NCBI GenBank assembly: GCA_951406725.2
Contig: OX597815.1
Span: forward strand, 67,146,001-67,210,000
Source of the DNA: Octopus vulgaris
Lineage: Eukaryota
DNA: 64,000 nt
Direction: 5' to 3'
In this document: in pieces, positions 55,551 to 64,000 of the stretch
Position numbering within the stretch: the stretch's first letter is position 1
How the letters are laid out: each line of letters starts with the position of its first letter
Notes under the pieces: generated by a model
The model's database searches: none
The model's input: only the letters and a program-made list of their open reading frames with translations
Told to the model about the DNA's origin: nothing
Translations under genes and position numbers: made by a program

Positions 55551-55759
55551 TTATCTATCCTCACGCTCACATACACACGCGTGCTCGCTCGCACACACAC
55601 ACGCAAACATGCGCATACACATATCAGTATATGTGTGTACGTATCCATCTTCTTTGTAGTTGCAAGAATTAGACGCTTAACTTAATAAGTATCCAGCATT
55701 TCGTCATAGAAGAGAATTGAAGAAGATTACGTTGATTAGAAAGGAAGCGAAATTAAGAA

Positions 55760-55909
55760 GAGAAAGTGTTGTTGTTGTTGATGTTGTTATTGATACAGTT
55801 ATTATTATTGTTAATAATGATGATGATGATGATGGTAATGGTGGGTTGATGATAAGAGTGATAATATTGATGGCTGTGATGGCGATGGTTGTGATATAAT
55901 GACGATTGG

Positions 55910-55997
<88 letters not shown>

Positions 55998-56360
55998 ATT
56001 GATGATTGAAGAGAAAAAAAAGAAGAAATGAAGCGGATGATAATGTAGCTTGAAGCAATTAAAAATAAAGTGATCACAGATAAAAGATAGTTGTAATTGT
56101 AGTAGTTGTAACAACAACAACAACAACATTAATAATAACAACGTTTTCTTATATTTGCCACAGGGACATCAAATGCAAGGTACAGTAAAAAAACTAATAA
56201 TGAAGATGATGATGAAGAAGAAAAAGAAGAAAAAGAAAAAAAGGAGAAGGCAGAGGAAGAAGAGAAGATAATTATATTGATGATGATGATGATGATGAAG
56301 ATGATGATGAAGATGATGATGATGAAGATGATGATGATGAAGATGATGATGATGACGATG

Positions 56361-56395
<35 letters not shown>

Positions 56396-57031
56396 AAAGT
56401 TGAAAATGATGATGACGACGACGACGACGACGACGAAAACAACAACAACAGCAGCAATAATAATGCGTATTTAAGAACAAATGAAGCAGTAATTACAGGA
56501 GCGTTAACAACAACAACAAAGCAAAAGCCACAACAATTAGAAAGTAAAGCAGAGGAGGTAAGGGGGAGATGCTATTACAACAATTATAGCAGCAGCAACA
56601 ACAATAACAGCAACGATAAAAACAACAGCAGCAGCAGCAGCAGTAGCAACAACAACAACAACAACAGTAGCAGCAATAGCATTAACAGTTTCAATAACAC
56701 CAGCAGGGACGAAAACGTCAGCATTAATGGATGGACAGCAGTAACAAGAACAAGAACAAGAACAACAGCAACAACAACAACAACAACCTCAACAACCATA
56801 ACAACAACAATCACAATATCAATGCCGACAACAACAATAACAATGGTAGAAATAAATCGAACACACGACAGAGTAGAAAAACCAGCATCACCAGCACCAC
56901 CAGCACCGTCGCCGCGGCGACCACTATCATCATCATTATCGTTATCAACATTGCCATTATCATCATCATTACCCTCCTCCTCCTTATCATCCCTGTTGGT
57001 GCTGCCTTCTCTACCATTATCGTCGTCATCG

Positions 57032-57064
<33 letters not shown>

Positions 57065-57224
57065 CCACCACCACCACCACCACCACCCCCATCATCATCA
57101 TCATCATTATTTTCTTCATCATCATCACCAGCACCAGCACCAGCAGCAGCAACAGCAACAGCAGCAGCAGCAGCACCACCACCACCACCACCACCACCAC
57201 ACCACCACCACCACCATCATCATT

Positions 57225-57263
<39 letters not shown>

Positions 57264-57480
57264 TCCTTCATCATCACCATCGTCGTTAACAACGAAAATA
57301 ACAACATCTCGACGACGAGAACACGAACAACAATAAAGACAACTAAAACGATGACGACAGCAACAGTAACACAAACAAGAACTGCAACTACAACAAAAAT
57401 AACAACAGCAACATCAGCAGCAACGAAGGCAAAAGCAGCAACAACAACGACAACGACGACGACGACGACGACAACCTCTT
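55760..57480. repeat. 1.7-kb mosaic of trinucleotide microsatellites (GAT/AAC/AGC/ATC/ACC/GAC)
   Basis: Read directly; produces homopolymer ORFs in all frames. Confidence 0.9.
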
Positions 57481-57760
57481 CCAACAGAAAACAAACACTT
57501 CGTAAACACATCATCACTATGAAAGCCTTAGGCAAGATTATTTATTTACAAAAGTAGATGAAGTTAGACGAAACGCGAAAAAAAAAGGAAAAACAACAAA
57601 GATAAAACAAAAAGAAAAGCAATGTAACCAACAAAGACACGAAACGAACTCGGGTCGTTTAGGTTTATCTTAAAAGGTTTTCAAAATCACATCAATTGTC
57701 GTCAATGAATAAAATGCTTTTATGGAAATTGACGGCTTCTGTTTGAGATATGGTTTTGAT

Positions 57761-57927
<167 letters not shown>

Positions 57928-58263
57928 GAAAACGAAACGACAGCAATTGTCGAGTGTTTGTGTGTGTATGTGTATTGTATGTGTGTGTGTGTGTATGTGT
58001 GTGCGTGTGTATACACACATTCATAACGTAATATATTACATACATGCATTACATACATGTATACATACAAGCTTATACATTCTTACATGCATATATGGTG
58101 GTGTGCATGTTGATAACATTGATAGGCATGAAGAAAGATGAACAAACGTAGAGCTAAATATATGGGATAAATGTAAAATAGGAGAATATAGATAAATAAA
58201 TGGTTATATATCTGTGTGTGTTAGTTTGTGTATCTGTGCACACACACACACATATGTATGCAC

Positions 58264-58300
<37 letters not shown>

Positions 58301-58732
58301 CATATTCTTACGTGAATATATATATATCTATGTATATATAAGTATATATAAACAAATACACACTGTCTGCCCAGTGCGGTGTATTGGTGGAGCAATTAGT
58401 GTTGGACAAGATAGTTTGTGGTATCTATTCCTGCTGCTTGCCTTCTGACGATAAGGCCTGACACGACACTTGGATTCATATCTGTTAGCTTTACTCTTTC
58501 TCTTGGACAACATAACTGCTGCAGAGACGGGGAGGCTTGGTTTGTATGTCTGTTCTGCCATAAAAAATAAAATATTGGCTAAGCTTAGGAATCTGGGAGA
58601 AGAACTAATCCTCGGTTTCACGTGACATATACACAGCGGATTTATGTATGCACTTGTGTGTGTGTTTGCGCGTGGGTGTGTAAGCATATATGCGTGTGTA
58701 CATGTGTGCGTCTCTGTATATAATTAAAGGCA

Positions 58733-58812
<80 letters not shown>

Positions 58813-58904
58813 GTATATATATATATATGTATATATACAGATAGAAACACACACACAATATCTCTCTCTCTCTCTATATATATATCTCTTTCTATCTATC
58901 TATA

Positions 58905-58943
<39 letters not shown>

Positions 58944-59210
58944 ATATATATATACATATATAAATACGCATGCACGTATCTGTTAAAGAAGATAGAAAGA
59001 GACAAGGAGGTTAAGAAAGACTATGAAAATATGGCATCATTTGTTGTCAGTGATAAGAAAAAGAAAGGAAAAAATAGAAAACACAAATCAAAGATGGATG
59101 CAGCCATGAAAATAAAGATGTATAAGAAGAGTTTCACATTACATCGTTGGTTAAGTAATCAGACAAGTGAGAGATAAAGGAAAGGAGAGAGAAGGGTAGA
59201 CTGACAATAG

Positions 59211-59242
<32 letters not shown>

Positions 59243-59294
59243 TGTATGTATGTATGTATGTATGTATGTATGTATGTATGTATATATGTACGTG

Positions 59295-59337
<43 letters not shown>

Positions 59338-59630
59338 ATATGTGTGTGTGTATAAAGAGAGAATTAGGGAAGAAAGAGGGAAAAAGAGAAAGAGAGAGAA
59401 AAGAGATAAAGAGAGAAAGAGAGAAAAAGAAACTGATATAGTGATGAGCAGATATTTTTGTCCAGAATAGATATAGCAAATAGATATAAGGGAATATCTG
59501 TAGATAGTTTGTTAAAGGGGCAAATACCTCTTTCTCGCTATGATTATGCACATGCATAAACTCATATGCAGGTGCATGAACGTACATATACATATATCAT
59601 ATATTCGAATAATTTTGTTATTAACAACAC

Positions 59631-59705
<75 letters not shown>

Positions 59706-59759
59706 CATCCATCCACCCATCCATACATACATCCATACATACATACATACATACATACA

Positions 59760-59791
<32 letters not shown>

Positions 59792-59793
<2 letters not shown>

Positions 59794-59997
59794 CGATGGG
59801 TGCTGAAAGGTTCCTTGTTTTAAGGGTATTGCGAAAGGCCCAGCCTTCCCAGTTATTTTACAGGGTTTAGAAAAGCTGAAAGACCGCAGCAATAAGTATG
59901 TGAATCTGAGAGGGGAATACGTTGAATAAAATAATAATCAACTGATCCTCCTGTATTTTGTTTTACCCAAAGCTAGTAACTTTTCAGCACTACCTCG
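59792..59997 (+). mobile_element. mariner deletion derivative
   Basis: Ends TACGATGGGTGCTGAAAGGTT / AACTTTTCAGCACTACCTCG; internal LEKLKDRSNKYVNLRGEYVE* matches the mariner transposase C-terminus. Confidence 0.8.
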
Positions 59998-60025
59998 CCC
60001 ATACATACATGCATACATACATACA

Positions 60026-60057
<32 letters not shown>

Positions 60058-60448
60058 CATACGCGCCTACACATACACACGTGTTTATATTTATATATGC
60101 TTGTATATATATACCAGTCTGATGACTGCTAGTAAGCCTTCTCATATTGTAAATGGTCTCAATTGCAATTTCTTAATTCTGACACATCTTCTAGAGGCAA
60201 AAGTAATTTTCATATATAACGAATTTATGTTATATGGTATTTGATATACTTGTATCTCTCTCTCTCTCACCGTCTCCTTCTGTCTCTGTCTCTGTCTCTG
60301 TTTCTCTCTCTTTCTCTTTCTCTCTCTCTCTATTTATATACATGTTTGTATGAATTAGTAAATTGTTATTTAGATATATCCTGTCCCTGTTTTTTGAAAA
60401 CAGAATGGTCAACTCAGTAGGTAAAATCAAAAAGAACACACACACACA

Positions 60449-60585
<137 letters not shown>

Positions 60586-60640
60586 ACGTACACCCATATT
60601 TTTAGCATTATACTTAGTAAAATAATTATATAGTTTAGAC

Positions 60641-60808
60641 TAGTGCTCTACAACCTTTCTCCACTAGCGGCACACTTATATTCTTTTCAAAATTCGGCGG
60701 TGCATCTGAACTAAAAGTATAACTAAAACTACAAGAAAAAAAAGTATGTTCAGGTTACACTGCGGTACACCTAGCATCGTCTCATGGCACACCATTTGCG
60801 GAACACCG
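60641..60808. mobile_element. hAT (Buster/Charlie-type) MITE with perfect 8-bp TSD
   Basis: GTTTAGAC at both 60633-60640 and 60809-60816; decayed TIRs TAGTGCTCTACAA / TTGCGGAACACCG; internal GCGGCACAC motifs. Confidence 0.85.
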
Positions 60809-60979
60809 GTTTAGACTTTTCTCTTTAGTCATCCCGCCCCGTCGTTTAGCATTTCATATTTTCGAGCTGATTTCAGTTCATTTCTAACGATTTCTCTGGC
60901 GAGCCAAAATGTTGCACTGGCCTTGAATTTTGACAAGGAATCACAACAACGTCAGATAAACTTCTACAAAAAACAACTA

Positions 60980-61408
60980 TTACAGGTTCTGGCGAGAGAG
61001 GGGAGAGTTAATCAACACTGTCGATCCCCAGTACTTTATTTTATCTACCTCACCAGAGAAATCAAGAAAGACAAATTCCACTTAGTAGATTTGAACTCAG
61101 AACATCAAGCACTGTAATTAAATTCTGTTCTAACGATTCCACCAATCTACTTCTCTTGATATAAGCCTTTATTAGGATTGCATATTTTTTCAACTGTCAG
61201 AAAAAGCGAGGTGGCAGAATCGTTAGAGTACCGGACCAAATGCTAAAAGGTATTTCTTCCGGCTCTTTACTGTCGGAGTTCAATTAGCGCCAAGGTTGAC
61301 TTTGCTTACCATCATTTCAGGGTCAATGAAATAAAGTATCAGTTTAGTATTGGGGTCGACTAACCCCTTTCTTCTAAAATTTCTGGCCTTATGCCAAAAT
61401 TTGAAACA
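60980..61408. mobile_element. Head-to-head pair of old SINE family A copies
   Basis: 60980-61150 (-; TTTGAACTCAGAAC) and 61205-61408 (+; GCGAGGTGGCAGAATCGTTAG...GGCCTTATGCCAAAATTTGAAA). Confidence 0.7.
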
Positions 61409-61674
61409 TTTCGCCAAGCTCATGACTGCATTTCCATGATAAATCAATTTTAAAGGAGACTGATTTCAGACAAATAAATGATTCAGTGAATTAGTCTCAG
61501 TTTAGGATTGAAAGCAATGCTCCCCCCTCCCCACAGAGGGTGGGCAAAAAGTCGCGCACAAAATAAGTTCAGTGCGCTCCGAAATTGTCAAAAATGTGCA
61601 ATGATTTTTTTTTATTGAATTGAAAAAACGAAATAAAATGAGTACACACATACTTGTACATAACGAATAAAATA

Positions 61675-61736
<62 letters not shown>

Positions 61737-61808
61737 TAATAATAATAATAATGTAATAAAGAATAAAATGTCGAAGATTTTGCCCATTATATCATGATCA
61801 TCGTCCGT

Positions 61809-61840
<32 letters not shown>

Positions 61841-64000
61841 TCATCATCATTTAACGTCCGTTGTTCATGCTGGCATATAAAAAATTTCCTCGAATGCCAA
61901 TTCCAAATTATCCCCTTTACGTCGCTATTGTTCTTGAGTCATAAAATTGTATGATGTTCCTGAGAATATCATGAACATCACACAATCACATTTCTCCTCC
62001 ACTATAAATATGTAGTCTATTTTCCCCTTATACAAGAAAAAATCAATATGAGAAACACAAATAAGAAATCAATATTATATTTCCATCCCAAGTTGCTTAA
62101 TTATTCATCGTCTCAAAAATAGCTATGTATATTTATGTCACTTAAAAAAAAAATTAAAACTGTTAATATATTAGTGTTTTTCAATTAAAATTCAGAAAAA
62201 AAAGCAATGTGTATAAATAAAAGCGAAAAAAAAGTAATTGTAAGTAAAAGTATATAAATATCCTTGCTCATGCATAGTGGAGAGGTGAAATAAGAAAAAT
62301 AGACAACGAATTGTAGTGCATTTGTTGGAGGCGGTGATGAAATGGTATTGCATTTTAATTTCCTACAGTTCTTTTCTTTCTAATTTCCAGCCGGATATTT
62401 GTAATTTCCTCAAACCACTTAGCTGTCGGCTGGTAGAATCTTTAGAGTGTCGGACAAAATGCCGATAAACATGAATATAAACACTGAGGCTCATGGTGGG
62501 GAGGAAACAACAGTTATACCCTTGTTTATTCGTCCAAAATATATTTTCAGATCAGAAGAGTGGATGAATGAACCCTTGGGCATAAAAGATAACAGTGCTG
62601 CTTCAGTGGTGATGTTGGTGCTCAATGTATATAAGTATCCTGTATCGGGCTCCCGATTATGCGATCTTTTATGGATGACATCCATCCATCCATCCATCCA
62701 TCCATCCATCCATCCATCTATCCATCCATCCATCCCTTCATACAAGTTACCTACATATGCTTTTGTCTAAGATAAGGAATGACAAAAGGGATTTCAGCTA
62801 CAATACACCATTGCAGGATACAGCCAGTAATGAAAATTTACTGTATAAACTCTGAAAATTATGTAGAAATGCATTGTGGGAAGGCACCAATAAGAGAGTT
62901 AATAGTTTGGGTACTGATACATGATGTTGAGATTCTACATCTTAGGAAGAATTATGGAAGGCCACATTGATGTACCACATTGGTTTGATAAGTTTAGTAC
63001 ATAAATCTTTGGACGTGTTGGCAGAATCAGTTTCTGCAAGACCAGTGAAGAAGACAGAGGAATCGTAAATGAAAAGTATAAAAGCTTTGGAATGTTCGGA
63101 GCGACTGTTAAATAAAAAATTATTTCTACTATAGGCAGAAGGTCTGAAATTTGTGGAAAAAGGTTATATGATGACATCAGTTATAGTACATGAAACATGA
63201 ATTACAGAAACATGAATTGTAAAGCAGTGTTTGAAAAAAAAATAAAACAGAAATAAAGCAGTGTTTGAAAAAAAAATATAAAGCAAGGCATTTTCCCTGA
63301 CACTCTAACGATTCCGGCAACTCTCCACTCTCTGAATTTATAAAGCTTGGCTATTTGTGTGAAAGAAGAAGCGAAAACCAACACATAAAATTTACGACTG
63401 CGTGACTTGATTACTAAAAGGCGTATAACTCTATTCCCCACTCATGGTTGTTGGAATTCCTGCATTTAGTAAAAGCATCTGCTGCTTTAGTTGCTGCAGC
63501 AGAAAAGCTCAAAAAATTCTGGTCGATAATTCTTACTCGTGTAACTGAAAACACGATTGTCTGCTGTGGTATAAATCTCTGAAAAAGAATCTTCCAAGGA
63601 GACAATCTGTCTGTGCTTCTGTTTATTAGGGCGTTAAAATCCATTGTCAGTTCCTTTGAAAACAATGTGTTTATATGAAAGAGCAAGAGACATTAATGTA
63701 ATCCATAGTTTCTTAGTTGACATTCCAAGCTTCTGCACTAGAATTATTTATGTTCCCGAGAAGTAGCTGGATTTAATATTTTCAGAGATAGAATTTAGTC
63801 AAATGAAATGTTCATACATACATGGTTGTTCAAAGCAGGAAAACTGAACCACAGACCACAAACCTTCACATCTAGAGTCTCTATCTTATCTATCCCACAC
63901 AATGAAGAGTTAATAAAATGTATTTGTGTGTAAGTCGTGAGGATAAAGATAGAGAGATCAAATACTGTTGAAGAAGCTTACAAGCATATGGTAGTTAGAG

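Noticed and set aside
62447-63100. Possible Tc1-like transposase remnant or exon
   Set aside because: Motif similarity too weak to support by eye.

Overview
AT-rich, microsatellite-saturated eukaryotic DNA. The SINE families and the density of (TA)/(CA)/(ATCT) repeats suggest a cephalopod, most likely Octopus (inference). Only one host gene is well supported: a minus-strand copper/TPQ amine oxidase (AOC family). Its CDS is exon 5976-8066 spliced in phase 0 to exon 1795-2079, giving 791 aa with an N-terminal membrane anchor. The rest is decayed mobile DNA: two Tx1/L1-like LINEs in tandem, CR1/Jockey, RTE and RLE-type LINE fragments, Penelope-like remnants (one Naiad-type GIY-YIG), hAT/Buster, mariner, pogo and Helitron pieces, and about 25 SINE copies. 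The most interesting signals are: (i) a SINE 3' tail that matches the 3' terminus of the Tx1-like LINEs, a candidate SINE-LINE pair, with tail swapping inside the SINE family; (ii) many Penelope-type minimal hammerhead ribozyme motifs, one apparently intact (38682-38789), two of them in inverted repeats; (iii) an internally deleted Tx1 derivative with an in-frame ORF1-ORF2 fusion; (iv) several inverted SINE pairs able to form long dsRNA. Nearly all other ORFs in the track are microsatellite artefacts. Repeat boundaries are read by eye and are approximate.
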